The notes beneath the pieces are model-generated. The model saw nothing but the letters and a program-made list of their open reading frames with translations. It was not told where the DNA came from and did no database searches. A DNA stretch of 53,403 bases, filler included, from Mitosporidium daphniae (lineage: Eukaryota): assembly GCF_000760515.2 (NCBI RefSeq). It is 2 parts of 2 records of this genome, joined end to end, with 100 filler letters (N's around TTAATTAATTAA, not from the genome) between each part and the next. Parts side by side here need not be neighbours in the genome. Positions count along the whole stretch, not along the records: positions 1 to 26,690 come from NW_013546157.1; positions 26,791 to 53,403 come from NW_013546156.1. One strand, given 5' to 3'. Below, piece by piece: positions 24,624-37,818 of this stretch. Position 1 is the stretch's first letter. Every line of letters starts with the position of its first letter. The position numbers and the translations under genes were made by a program.

Positions 24624-26690
24624 CTACTTACCGCCATCAATGATAATGGACGAGGGAGTGGAGGATACCAGACCTTTGGGGAAAGAGGTATCCTCTTTCG
24701 TTCTAGAAAGCCATTTTAAAAGATATGGATCGTTTAGATCGTCATCAGCGTCCTGTCGTCCCCCGATCAAGAAAAATATGCTCAAAAATAATACAAAAGT
24801 AATGACATAGCCTACTGGCCACGGGTACAATCCAAGCGAAATGGGAAGATTACACACTAGTATTGAAATGATTCCAACCGGAACTGTATATCCCAGTTGC
24901 GTATAAACATGGTCATTATGATCTGAGCCGGAAGCAACGCTACTCATGATGCACGAATCGGCAATCGGCGAAGATTGATTACCCCAAACAGCCCCTCCAA
25001 GAATGGACGCGACCGTGGCTAAAAGACAAACGCTTTTAGACGGGTCAGATACTGGGTCGGCCGCCGTTTGAAGAGTATATGCCATTTGAACCATCAATGG
25101 GAATAGGATACTCATGGTCCCCCATGCACTTCCAGTGGCAAAGCTTACAGCTGAAGATGTAATAAAGACTATAGTTGGGAAAATGTATGCAGACAGAGAC
25201 TTTCCCAATGAAGAAGATATCCACTCGGCAGCTTTAAGCTGACGACAAACATCACCCAGGCCCCATGCTAAGATCAAGATAATGACGGCGAACAGCATTG
25301 ATTTCGCCCCATTTACCCAAGCGTTCATTGCCTCGGAAATGGAAAGAATTCTTTGGGAAACAACAAGAATAATAGCAGTAAAGGACGCCAGTAATGAGGC
25401 CCAAAGCAGACCGTTGAATGGAACGCTTGCTGATACCCAAGAAATGGGACCCCATGAATTGTCAATCTCGGTGATTTTACTAGCAATATGGCTCTCCAAA
25501 GAAGAAAAGTGGTTCAACCCAGCAAGGTATTTCTTTGAAAGAAGAACATCCCTATATCGAGAAATTGCGTAAGCGCCGTCTCCAAGCATAGAAAATACAA
25601 CAACCGTAATGACGACGAGAAAAGGGATGGCGGCATTCCACCACAGTGAGCGAATCCCTTTTTTGGGGGTCAGAAAAGCATCTCCGCTGCTCTCAACATT
25701 ATCTCCTCCCAAAGGGACACTGCCTGGTTTTACAAGCTGCCCTGTTCTATGAGCTCTCCGCTCTGCAGTAAGCATTGGCCCAAAATCTCTATTCAAAATT
25801 ATCCCTAAAAGGCAAAAGCCCAACATTGAGATGGGATAAAAGTTATAAGGTAATGCACGGATAAAAGTACTATATCCGTCAGTTTCCATACCCAGCTGGG
25901 AAAACTCCTGGACAATGTAAGAGATTTCAATACAAATCCAGGATGAAATTATGGAGAGTGTCGAGATATTTGCAGCACAGGTGTCGGCAATAAAAGAGAG
26001 CTTTTCTCTTGAAATTTTCATAGTCCCCGTGATGTCTTTCATGGTTAGACCGCAAATCAAACAGGATGCGTAGTCGTCAAAGAAAATTAATATCCCAACC
26101 AAAAATGTTGCCAAGGAAGCCCTTCGCCTTGTTTTTGCAAACTTTGTGACCACCAGAGCAAGGCCATTTGCACCACCGCCAACACCAAGGACGCCGATCA
26201 TGCCTCCAATAAACAAACAAAACAAGAGCACACAGGCATGATCCGGGGACGATATGCCCCTAATAAGCGTCGTGTCAAGGGTTCGAAAGAAGCCAATAAG
26301 AGGATTTCCATGATACAATAAAGTGGTTCCCACCCAGGCTCCAGCAAAGATTGCCAAGAGAGACTGCTTTAGTAAAATGGCAAGTATTATGGTGCAGATG
26401 CTAGGAAGTATTGATAGCCACGCTGGGATCGCAAAAGTATACCCATTATCTGAAAAAGTGTAGGAGCCAGATTCAAAACCAGAGGGATTTTCTTGAAAAG
26501 GAGATNTGGAAAGGGACAGCACCAGTTTAATACTCCCATATCTTGAGAGTGTCTTTAATGAAACATTATCAATTTTAGAGCAAAATGAATCCAAAGACGG
26601 GGTCTTTAAACCTGCATCTCGAACATCCGAAATGTCGAATGAAATTTTTTCTGCTTTTGTTGGGGAAGGGAGAATTCCAGATGAAATTAC
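24624..26690 (-). CDS. Na+/H+ antiporter NhaC-family protein, 5'-truncated by the assembly gap
   Basis: IFFDDYA, ISREKLSFIAD, RDFGPML.AE.RA, SFATGSAWGTM, GAVWGNQSSPIADS..SS, HVYTQL.Y; frame open up to the N-gap; no introns seen. Confidence 0.9.
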   Translation of the reverse strand, partial: VISSGILPSPTKAEKISFDISDVRDAGLKTPSLDSFCSKIDNVSLKTLSRYGSIKLVLSLSXSPFQENPSGFESGSYTFSDNGYTFAIPAWLSILPSICTIILAILLKQSLLAIFAGAWVGTTLLYHGNPLIGFFRTLDTTLIRGISSPDHACVLLFCLFIGGMIGVLGVGGGANGLALVVTKFAKTRRRASLATFLVGILIFFDDYASCLICGLTMKDITGTMKISREKLSFIADTCAANISTLSIISSWICIEISYIVQEFSQLGMETDGYSTFIRALPYNFYPISMLGFCLLGIILNRDFGPMLTAERRAHRTGQLVKPGSVPLGGDNVESSGDAFLTPKKGIRSLWWNAAIPFLVVITVVVFSMLGDGAYAISRYRDVLLSKKYLAGLNHFSSLESHIASKITEIDNSWGPISWVSASVPFNGLLWASLLASFTAIILVVSQRILSISEAMNAWVNGAKSMLFAVIILILAWGLGDVCRQLKAAEWISSSLGKSLSAYIFPTIVFITSSAVSFATGSAWGTMSILFPLMVQMAYTLQTAADPVSDPSKSVCLLATVASILGGAVWGNQSSPIADSCIMSSVASGSDHNDHVYTQLGYTVPVGIISILVCNLPISLGLYPWPVGYVITFVLFLSIFFLIGGRQDADDDLNDPYLLKWLSRTKEDTSFPKGLVSSTPSSIIIDGGK

Positions 26691-26790
26691 NNNNNNNNNN
26701 NNNNNNNNNNNNNNNNNNNNNNNNNNNNNNNNNNTTAATTAATTAANNNNNNNNNNNNNNNNNNNNNNNNNNNNNNNNNNNNNNNNNNNN
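26691..26790. other. Assembly gap with artificial six-frame-stop linker
   Basis: N-run + TTAATTAATTAA (26735-26746) + N-run. Confidence 0.95.
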
Positions 26791-27548
26791 ACCATTTTCA
26801 GCAAATATGAAGAGAGAAGGGTCCAGAGTTGATACTGGATGCTTTCAAGGACAAACTGAAATCCGGTTGCAGTTATAGCGGTCGAGTTCAGCAAACATCC
26901 GGACGAAATAAGCAATTGCCTCATAAAGGCATCCTTTTGCGAAATTTTAATTTCTACAAGTAGGAATGCTAGATTTACTTGTTTTCGATGGCGTTTCCAG
27001 CGGGGCCGCTTCGCAGGATACCAAAATCGACAGGATTTTCTCGAAAATTACTATAAGAACCGCATACATTGTAGGTGTTTGTCTGGTATGTCAGAATCGA
27101 GGATTTATCCAGTCGATATGCATCGGGATGTGTTGGTCTTTTTAAGAAGACCCTATTTGCGCTGGATGGAATCACAAGATTGCAAAATGAGTCCCTTAGA
27201 CAAGTTGAAAACATCGGGTTGAGCCAAACTTTGGACTCCAGTCCCTGAAGCAACTTGAATGCCTTCAACGTAGCAAGCGTAGAATTTGAGGTGCTGTTGA
27301 TACAGTAAAGCTTTTATTGCAAACCTGGAGGGCATGTCCGGTGTAAAGACTAGCTCATAAATATCCTTCAGCCCTATATGAGAATCCATAAATAGCAGTT
27401 TGGAAACAACGAGCTGGGCCTCCATAGGAAGCGATCTATGGGTAAAAACAGAACAAAACCTAAAAATTGCAAGCGAAAACGCAGGATGTGCGATCAAATC
27501 GTCAAGCAATTGGGCTCCAAGGATCTTTGAAATGGTTTTCAGGAACAT
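26791..27548 (-). CDS. TFB2: TFIIH subunit p52/Tfb2, 3'-truncated by the gap
   Basis: LDDLIAHPAFSLAIFR..LP..AQ.VV.KLLF; WLNPMF; ITATGFQFVL..QLW.LL..YL. Confidence 0.85.
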
Positions 27549-27582
27549 GGCCAAATTTAATAAAAAAACCCCCAATTTTTTT

Positions 27583-29170
27583 ATGAGATTAGACACTTGT
27601 AACTTTGGATTTCTCTCCAAATCCGACTGGCGTATCTTATATGCCATTGAAAGTGAATCAAAAACGCATGAAATTGTGCCGATTAAATTGATTTCTAAGC
27701 GGACAAAATTGGATCCCGTCTCTATTGACCAAGCTTGTGCGCTTCTTATGCGGTTTAAACTTTTAAGAAGAGAGGGCGAAGTTCAACATGGTGGTGCGTC
27801 TCAAGAAAACTGCAACATGACCGGGTCAACTAGTAGCTGCATTGATACCAATAAAGATCTGGCCTCTTCTCAACACAGAAGAAGGGGTCGAAAAGGGATC
27901 CCTCTTGGAACCTTGGGATACATTTTGGGATTTGGAGGCTTGGACTATTTAGCTCTGCATTTTTTCAAGCAAAAGAATTCTCTTTCTTGCATCTCAAACT
28001 CACGACTTGGTGTTGGAAAAGAGGCCGATATTCATGTTGGCGAACGTCTATCGCCCACTGACGGGGCCTTTCCAAAAGCAATTGTTGTCAAGTTTCATCG
28101 TCTGGGGCGAACGTCTTTTCGCTCAGTTCGAACCAAACGAGACTACCATCTCGGAAAGGGGGCAAATGCATCTTTCCATGCTTGCAGCTGCAAAAGAGTG
28201 GGCATTCTTAAAGGTTTTGTGGTGCAAAATTCACTATTTTAGGCCCTTTATCAGCTTGGCTTTTCAGTGCCCATTCCCGTTGATCACAACAGACATGCAA
28301 TTGTAATGGAAAGAATCGATGGACTTCCTTTAAACCAAGTTACGCATCTATTGGATCCACAGAGACTTTATCACGAGCTTGTTTCAATGATTGTGGCCAT
28401 TGCACGATTGGGGCTGGTCCATGGGGACTTTAACGAGTTTAATGTTCTCGTCAGAAATCGCGACGAATCGCCTGTTCTTATCGATTTCCCCCAAATGGTC
28501 TCAATCAAGCATCGGAACGCTGCAGAGTAAAGTTCAGATGATTTATTCTAGATTTTATGAAAGGGACATAAGCTGCATTAGGAAATGGTTTAAAAGAAAC
28601 TTTCCAACCGTTGATCTGGACTTTACATGCCAAGGTAATGTGTCAAAAACAGTGGCACCCTCCTCCCTTTGTTCCCTTGAATCTTCAGATGAGCTGAAAG
28701 CAGATGATATACGAGGAGAAGACTCCCAAGAATCAAAGCACACTTTCGGTTCTCCACATAAAGGCCATGCTGAAAATAAACTCGCCGAAGACAATCACGA
28801 AGAGTGTCGGATTTCTGAGGGCTGCTTTGCTGCCTTTGATTCCAACCCTGACAGCGGCGAGCCTGATGCTAGAGATTTTGGCTCTAGTGGCTCGTGTGTC
28901 TCCGAAAATGATGATATCGACTATGATTCTGGTTACGATTCCCCCAGGACCGGATCATGCACTTCGAGTCTTTTAGGATCGTCTTCCGATTCAGAGTCCG
29001 TCGAATCACTAGCTGAAGATCGCGAGTTTCCCCCCTATCTTTCAATGATAATCAAGGAATTAGAAGAAACAGGTCAATCCCCTCTCGATGAAGTCTTAAA
29101 GGCTTCTGGATATACCCATGGGCTTGAGGAAGAATTGGACAAGTACTGGGGGTTTTTGGCTATCCAATAA
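27583..29170 (+). CDS. RIO2: RIO2 atypical kinase (40S maturation), multi-exon, apparent frameshift near 28160
   Basis: DWRILYAIE..HEIVP, GLDYLAL, GVGKEADI, KFHRLGRTSF, LVHGDFNEFN, IDFPQMVS, LD...KASG. Confidence 0.93.
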
Positions 29171-29565
29171 ATTATTTAACAGCAAAGTGATGATCCATAT
29201 GAAATTTTCCAAACAAGCAGCATATTCCGTCGCTTCCAGAGCATAGTTTAGTGGCTTTTTCTCATGATTGATCATCGCAAATGCATGTGCCTTCGAATTC
29301 CTTGCACCTGAACGTGGAGGGCCAGGCTCCAAAACAAGCTGGTCCCAATGACTTTTCAGGGGCATTCTTTTCCACCATCTCCTGTGGAAAAGACAGCCAT
29401 CATTGTGATGCAGCCAGTATTTGGGCAAAAATGGTGATCGACCATCCGTTCCTAGATTCTCGTCTAAATCCTGCGGCATGCTCAGGACTTATTTAAATCG
29501 CTAGAATTATCTTTTATCCTATAACGCAACTAGTACTAGCAATGAAAGTTTTATTGAAAGGTAGA

Positions 29566-30249
29566 TCAAATACCTGATGGATGAATAATCTTTTTTGAAC
29601 CTCCATCTTTTGAAACTTCACCTTTTGAAACTTCACCTTTTGAAACTTCACTTTCTGAAACTTCACTTTCTGAAACTTCACTTTCTGAAACTTCATCTTC
29701 TGAATATCCATCATTACCTGATTCTACCTCATCTTCTGAGTATCCATCATTACCTGATTCTACCTCATCTTCTGAATATCCATCATTACCTGATTCTACC
29801 TCATCTTTTGAACCTTCATTATTACAATTGGTATCTGATTCTACATCTTCTTCTGAACCTCCATCAGTACAATCGCTACCTGATTGTACCTTCTTTTTTT
29901 TGTACAAACCACCATACCCCGAGTCACTACTATTCAATCGCAAAATCTTGGGATCTTTAGAAACTTCATTTTCACTATCGCTATCTTCAAGAATTACCGG
30001 TAATTCTTGATCTTTTAGACCTTTTATATGTTTTAGATCCCTTTTTGTCTGTTGAGAATTATCATTTATGGTTGTATCACCATTGATTTTTTCAATTTCT
30101 TCAGGAGTTTTCTCAGTCAAAACAGGAATAGAAGAATCTCCTTCAGAATCGCAAGGAGGTTTGTTGGTGTCTGGAGGCGAGCACATAATGAAATGGTTTC
30201 CAACAATAAAGAATAGTAAAAAAGCACTAACCAGTATTTTAAGCAGCAT
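29566..30249 (-). CDS. Predicted secreted acidic tandem-repeat protein
   Basis: Signal-peptide-like MLLKILVSAFLLFFIVG; D/E/S-rich; intronless and AT-rich; no family recognised. Confidence 0.7.
   Translation of the reverse strand: MLLKILVSAFLLFFIVGNHFIMCSPPDTNKPPCDSEGDSSIPVLTEKTPEEIEKINGDTTINDNSQQTKRDLKHIKGLKDQELPVILEDSDSENEVSKDPKILRLNSSDSGYGGLYKKKKVQSGSDCTDGGSEEDVESDTNCNNEGSKDEVESGNDGYSEDEVESGNDGYSEDEVESGNDGYSEDEVSESEVSESEVSESEVSKGEVSKGEVSKDGGSKKIIHPSGI
29611..29808. repeat. Coding minisatellites: six 15-bp units (EVSES/EVSKG) and three 36-bp units (EDEVESGNDGYS)
   Basis: TGAAACTTCAC.. units at 29611-29700; TGAATATCCATCATTACCTGATTCTACCTCATCTTC units at 29701-29808. Confidence 0.95.
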
Positions 30250-30994
30250 ATGAACTTGAAAATAAAAAGTCTCCTAATTAACAAACAAGTGTACTCGTGC
30301 AAAAATCGATTAGTAATTCGCAATTAAATGCCTCCAATCAAATTTAGCACAAAGGTCACTGTGATATTTGTGTATTTAAATTATTTTAATTACCCACTCG
30401 TCAAGACGATCATAGTGCATGAAAATGAAATTTACATCCATCCACACGATGCGCTGGCGTTCAAAGGTACCTCAACTGCTTCAGCTAGTGCAAGACTTTG
30501 CTTTGCTAAATACAAACACTATTCACCAACATCCATTTTAAATACTGGTGAATGATACCATTAGTACTTGATTAGATCAACATGATTCGCAAAAGAAATG
30601 CAATTTAAACCAAACAATTCAATCAATAGAATTGGAGTGTGAAAAGTAGCAATCAGATTATAAAAGAGGCTCCATTAATAAATGGAACGGTGGGTTTGTA
30701 TAACGTGACTTTTTTTGGTTTCAGCGGCCAAATTGGTTTTTTCACTGGCCAAGAAAAGATGTTTTCCTATTAGATGAGATTTTCTGAAAAACACCGCTCT
30801 TTAAATAAGATCTTTGAGTTTTGAGATTTTTACCATAAGATAGATGTGAAAATCGGTGCACCATTTCGGAAATCTTGATACAAACAAATTCCTGAAAAAG
30901 TGCACCATCAAGAAAGTTTCACCTGAAACAAAAAGGTATTCAACCATCGATTGACAAGTACAAGAGGAGTTGAGCCGGTTTATTGCAGTTTAAG

Positions 30995-31627
30995 TTATGA
31001 AATTACCCCAGTTGTAAGGATAGAGACATGAACGGGGTCGGATCCACAGAGAAGAATGGCTTCTGACCCATCTGATGCTTTAAGAACAATTGATTTTGAA
31101 TGCGGGCTTATTCCAAGTGCTGGTTGAACGGTCTCCCAATGGAGTTTCTTTGGATTTAAAATGGGATCAGCCGGGAAAGATCCCAAAGAGCCAGATTCGC
31201 CTGGAATAGAAAATGTTGCTCGATCACCCGGTTGGGCACTCTTTGGGGGCGCGATAAATTCGACATTCCCACAGGGGCCACGGGCAACCAAGACCATCGC
31301 TTGCGACTTTACCCCCCTCATGGAGGCAGGCTTCAGATTTGCCACAAATAGGCACAATTTTCCTTGGATTTGATCTGGAGTGAAATATGGGACCAACCCC
31401 GAAACGACTGTTCGGATTCCGAGTACACTTCCAAAGTCAACCTGTTCAATGTAGAGCTTATCGGCAGATGGATGCTTTTCAACACTCATCATGCGCCCGA
31501 CACGTAGATCAAGATGTGATGATGTGGAAACCAAATCTTGAATTGATAAAGAAGATGCTATTAGCGGTGGTGGTGCTGGCGATGATGGCGAGGAAGATGG
31601 TTGAATTGGATCCACAGCTTCGGACAT
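30995..31627 (-). CDS. Arc1p/EMAP-II/Trbp111-type tRNA-binding OB-fold domain (stand-alone, or C-terminal exon of GluRS)
   Basis: LDLRVG..VEKHPSADKLYIEQVDFG..RTVVSGL..NLKPASMRGVKSQAMVL..LNPKK; begins with a Pro/Ser linker-like stretch. Confidence 0.9.
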   Translation of the reverse strand: MSEAVDPIQPSSSPSSPAPPPLIASSLSIQDLVSTSSHLDLRVGRMMSVEKHPSADKLYIEQVDFGSVLGIRTVVSGLVPYFTPDQIQGKLCLFVANLKPASMRGVKSQAMVLVARGPCGNVEFIAPPKSAQPGDRATFSIPGESGSLGSFPADPILNPKKLHWETVQPALGISPHSKSIVLKASDGSEAILLCGSDPVHVSILTTGVIS

Positions 31628-31642
31628 GCTATTCTTTAAAAA

Positions 31643-33438
<1,796 letters not shown>

Positions 33439-33440
33439 CT

Positions 33441-34028
33441 ATGGTTACTTTTGCCTGCGATGCTTGCCAAGAAATACACAAAAAGGCCAAATTGGATGCA
33501 CATGCTGCAAAATGCAGGGGTGCTCGATTTTCGTGTCTCGACTGCAACACGTCGTTCTCAGGCGATCAGTATCGCAACCACACCACATGTATTAGTGAGG
33601 CAGAGAAATATCAAAAGACCAACTTTGTCAAGAATAAAACTAGCGCCTTGTCAAATGTTGCCAAGAAGAGGTGTATCAACCCCGCCCCCATTGGCTCTGA
33701 TTCTGCATTAGCTTTGCCAGCGTCTCTGGCCACACCTTTGCCAGCGTCTCTGGCCACACCTTTGCCAGCGTCTCCGGCCACACCTTTGCCAGCGTCTCCG
33801 GCCACACCTTTGCCAGCGTCTCTGGCCACACCTTTGCCAACCTTTTTAACAGTTCCTTTTCGTATTCCTAGGAATGTTGAAAAGAAATTGGCCAAACATA
33901 TTTCTTTATACAAACTTTTAAAACATTTAAAGCGGCAAAAACTCGACCATCAAGCAAAAGGGCTGTTGAAAACTATTTTTGTAACCTCAAGGGATCCTCG
34001 AAACCTTGAAATGCGCATTACCAAATAA
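33441..34028 (+). CDS. LYAR-type C2HC zinc-finger nucleolar protein
   Basis: MVTFACDAC...H...C; FSCLDC..F...Y..HTTCISEAEKYQ. Confidence 0.9.
   Translation: MVTFACDACQEIHKKAKLDAHAAKCRGARFSCLDCNTSFSGDQYRNHTTCISEAEKYQKTNFVKNKTSALSNVAKKRCINPAPIGSDSALALPASLATPLPASLATPLPASPATPLPASPATPLPASLATPLPTFLTVPFRIPRNVEKKLAKHISLYKLLKHLKRQKLDHQAKGLLKTIFVTSRDPRNLEMRITK
33713..33839. repeat. 24-bp coding minisatellite x5 (LPAS[L/P]ATP)
   Basis: TTTGCCAGCGTCTCYGGCCACACC in tandem. Confidence 0.95.
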
Positions 34029-34069
34029 ATTAACATTTAACCCAGCATGAGTTGGCAACGCAATTTTTG

Positions 34070-35682
34070 ATGGAGCTTGTCTCAAGTAGTTGGTATTTTC
34101 GTGATGCATATAGTCGAGGTTCTACTGACTTCTACAAGAATTGCCATCGACGAGCTTAAACAGACACTTGATGAGTTTATTTCAGGCAGGACCTTCAAAA
34201 TTGACTCTATCGTCTCCTTTAGCGCCTCTTCTCGCATCCACAAATCCATCCTACAAGTAAAGCTTTGCGAATGCAAATGTTCGCCAATTTCGCCTGTTAA
34301 TTTTAGTCGATCGCGTCAAAAGATTGGTTTTTTTCCCGCAATTCGGCAGCTCCCAAGATGCTCGTCACCTTGAACACAGTGGCTGTGGAGAGGACGAAGT
34401 TTTGGTGGTGGCGCCAAAATACTTTTACTATTCCCTATCTGTAAGCTCTTTTTGCCTTCACGAAATGATCATGAAGGACAAAGACCAAAGGCTATTTATT
34501 TTTCCAGGAGAAGAGTCTGCAAGCAATGAGGGCTTTTTCAAGGCCATTTCATGCCGTGTACTTCCGTCAAAAATATTTTTCGGGCTGTGGGAATCGTACG
34601 TTGCGTGGCGAAATTATTGTTTAGCATTTTGTTTGTGGAAGAGGAGAATCTGCTAATGAAATTGCTGGACTTTTGCTGCATATGTTTGGTGTTTTCTAGG
34701 CTCAAGGCAGATTCGCCCTCCATTTCGTTGAACAGGTTTGGCTGCCACCTTTCTTTATGATTGATTTTACTATATGGACCCCCAGGTACGGGAAAAACGA
34801 CAATGTGCAAAGCTCTTAGCCAAAAGCTGTCCATCAGATTCAGCCCACAGTACGTGCTGTGTTCCCTTACCCCTTTATAAGATATCCGGATGGGTTCATA
34901 TTTATCGAGCTAAACGGAAGCTCCATCTTATCGAAATGGTATTCTGAAAGCAGCAAGAACCTTTCCCTTCTATTTGAATGTATTTTTTCGCTGGCAGAGA
35001 ACGAATTCCGCTTTATAATTCTTCTGATGGGTATTGATAATCACATACAAAGTAGACGAAATCGAAAGCATTGTCGGTTCGCGGGAAAGATCGCTTTTGA
35101 GCAACGAGCCTCAAGATTCCATTCGAGTTGTCAATGTGCTTTTAACGCAGCTCGACAGGCTGCGGTTGTATTCAAACATTCTCATCCTTGCGACCTCAAA
35201 TTTTTCAGACTCCCTTGATAACGCCTTCATAGATCGAGCAGATATTGTGATCAAGGTGCCGCCCCCATCTACTTTGGGCGTTTATTCCATCCTATGCGAT
35301 TCCATAAAAGAAATGTGCAAGATAAACTTGATTTCCCCGGAAATATATTTTATCGACCCCGTCGCCGTATCGATCCTACAGCCGGGCGCACTTGTGCAGT
35401 CAAATGACGGCACTCTTAACCCGTATGAAGACTCGGTCGCATTTTCAATCAGAATATACAACTTGGCTCTTGTTATCAAGGTAATTTGGAGTTGCCTCCA
35501 ATTGTTCAGGGGAAAAGCGGGCGGTTTATCCGAAAATTACCTATCAATGCACTAAGTTTGATCCGAAAAGTAAGCCCAAATAGCAGCATGATTTACCGTG
35601 CTAGGATCCCCCCTTCACACCGGAGGACATTTTACGCGCATACGAACAATACTTGGCCAAACTGCACCACACATGTTGTTGA
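34070..35682 (+). CDS. PCH2: Pachytene checkpoint AAA+ ATPase Pch2/TRIP13, multi-exon (start approximate)
   Basis: [75 protein letters not shown]. Confidence 0.93.
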
Positions 35683-35704
35683 ATTCAAATCGTCCTTAAT
35701 GGCT

Positions 35705-36652
35705 TTAATTATTTTTTCTTTGGAAGCTTCAGAACAAGCCCCCGGCGAATAAGTAAATAATCAATCCCGGTGGCTATTGTTGTAAAAGCGACAATCGGTC
35801 TAGTATAAAAATCAAACACAGGAGGTACTCTAAATAGCTCTGAAAGTTGGAGCCAAGCGATGAAATGCCCTCAAGCTGTGATAGGATGGCTGTTGCGAAC
35901 AGCATAAACTGCAATGCCGTATTAACCTACAAAATTTGACAAAACAGAAACCTTGCTAATGCGTGAAGGCTGAATTTCGGAAAAGTGATTTGAAGGCGTT
36001 TTCTATGTTTAATCACGTGAGAAGAGCTAGATACCTTCATTTTCAAATATAGGCTGCTCAACAGCAGCAAGATATCTCGCGCGACGATTATGCCAAACAC
36101 AGGAACTGCAAACGTAATTAACTTGCACGCGTACTTGAAATCATCGAGTTGTATGCGAGGGAGCAGGCCAAACACCCGGCAAAGATTTTGTCGGACAGAG
36201 GATCCAAAAATGTCCCCAGCCTGCTTTGCATGCCAAACCTTCGAGCTATGTATCCATCGGCCTACCAATATTAGAGGATCATTTACCCAGTCGGAAATGG
36301 CGCAAAGCATAAACAGAGGAAAAGAAACGAAAAGATTATTTTTCACAACAAAGTAGCACAAAATAGGACTCAGTCCGATGCGGCAAACCGAAATCATATT
36401 GGGGATCGTTACAATTTTCTCATATTTTAAGTCGGCGGTTTTCAGATTGTGCGTTTTGTACGCACCAAGTGCACGAGTTGAATTTACATTTGAAAAGCCG
36501 AGGGGACCAGGCTTCAGGGAAAGCAATTCCGAGGGAATGGCAGATAGCAGAAATTTACACCCCTCAAATGAATGGTACGTTAATATCACGCTACCATAAA
36601 TTTGATTGAGTTTACGGAGAGGATGGCTGCCCAGCCCAGGGCAGAAAACCAT
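35705..36652 (-). CDS. CRD1: Cardiolipin synthase (CDP-alcohol phosphatidyltransferase)
   Basis: TIPNMISVCRI, SDW/DG.IAR...GTFLDPLSDK, IVARDILL, K/VNTALQF; long basic N-terminal presequence. Confidence 0.85.
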
Positions 36653-36670
36653 CTAAAATTAATTTATTTT

Positions 36671-37795
36671 TTAATTTTTCGACATAAGGCAAATGAAAAA
36701 TCCATTGCTTCTTGAAGACTCGGGCTCAAATCTGATTGCGCAAGCGGCTCCCTCAACAATCTCAACCAAATGGACGGGATGAAGGTCTTTTAATTGATAA
36801 ACATATGGGACCGGCAACAAGAAAGCCGATTTTTCCTGAGCCAAAAAATCTTTTATCACATTTTCATTCTGGGCCTGTGTACGACTATCCCCAAAACTAG
36901 CTTAAAGGGAATATGCTTACCTGCACGTGCAATAAACAAGCATTCCACCTACCCTCAACAAGGAAAATGCAGACTTTAGCAAGGATTTTTGTGTTTCAAT
37001 TGTGTTAGTTTCATTTACATCTGTCCAATAAGGCTGCGGATTTGTGTTGGCTCCACATGGGGACAGAGATTTTAGCACATGCTTAATGGAGCCGTCATGG
37101 GTACATTGGGCATCAAGAATAATTTTGTCGTACGCTGGAACCTCCTGGTAATAGCATCTGCGTTTCCGATACTGAGAAGTCGAGTAGAATGGCTTCTTAA
37201 CTTGCAGGTGGAACTCTTTCGCAATAAAATTATCTGGTTTGCAAAGTTGATTTTCTGGAATTGCGATCCCAATTTTTTCTGCAAGGACGTTCGTGGAATC
37301 GCCTTTGAAAAGCCGACACTTGGGGACCTTGATTTTTTTCACCAAAGAAGTGGCATCTCGTAGCCTATGTGCAGAAATATCGATTCCAGTAACAGATCCA
37401 ACTCCAGATGTCCCAATAATTGAGGCTGCCAACGAAAGTTTAAGTCCCGGGGCACAACACATGTCAAGGACATGGTCATGTGCTTGGATATCCAAAATCC
37501 AAATCGCAAAAATAGACGGAAAATCCATGCTAAAAATCTTCCCTTGTTTAAATGGAAGAGAGGACCCTATGTTTATGGACGGATCCATCTCAAACCATGC
37601 CAAAGAGTCGGAAAGATGGTATTTCTTTGCATCAGGAAAGTGCTTCAAAATCGATTCCTCACATGTATCTTGGCATAGCGAGTTAATGGTAAAGGATCTT
37701 GGAATGTTGGCAAGAACCTCGTGAAAATAGGGCGCTGAAGAGAGATTGTTTCTTGATAAAAAATCAAGAAAAAAGGCCGGAAGCGGCCCAGTCAT
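36671..37795 (-). CDS. NOL1/NOP2/Sun family RNA m5C methyltransferase
   Basis: VLDMCCAPGLK, YDKIILDAQCTHDG, GGMLVYCTCS. Confidence 0.9.
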
Positions 37796-37818
37796 AAATT
37801 CGAAAAAAAATAATTTTT

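Noticed and set aside
26691..26790. TTAATTAATTAA palindrome, and apparent adjacency or fusion of TFB2 and NhaC
   Set aside because: Flanked by N-runs; a standard artificial six-frame-stop contig linker, so the true distance and content are unknown
36653..36673. In-frame read-through from the NSUN gene into cardiolipin synthase (18-bp gap)
   Set aside because: The spacer has two further in-frame stops and no suitable splice donor
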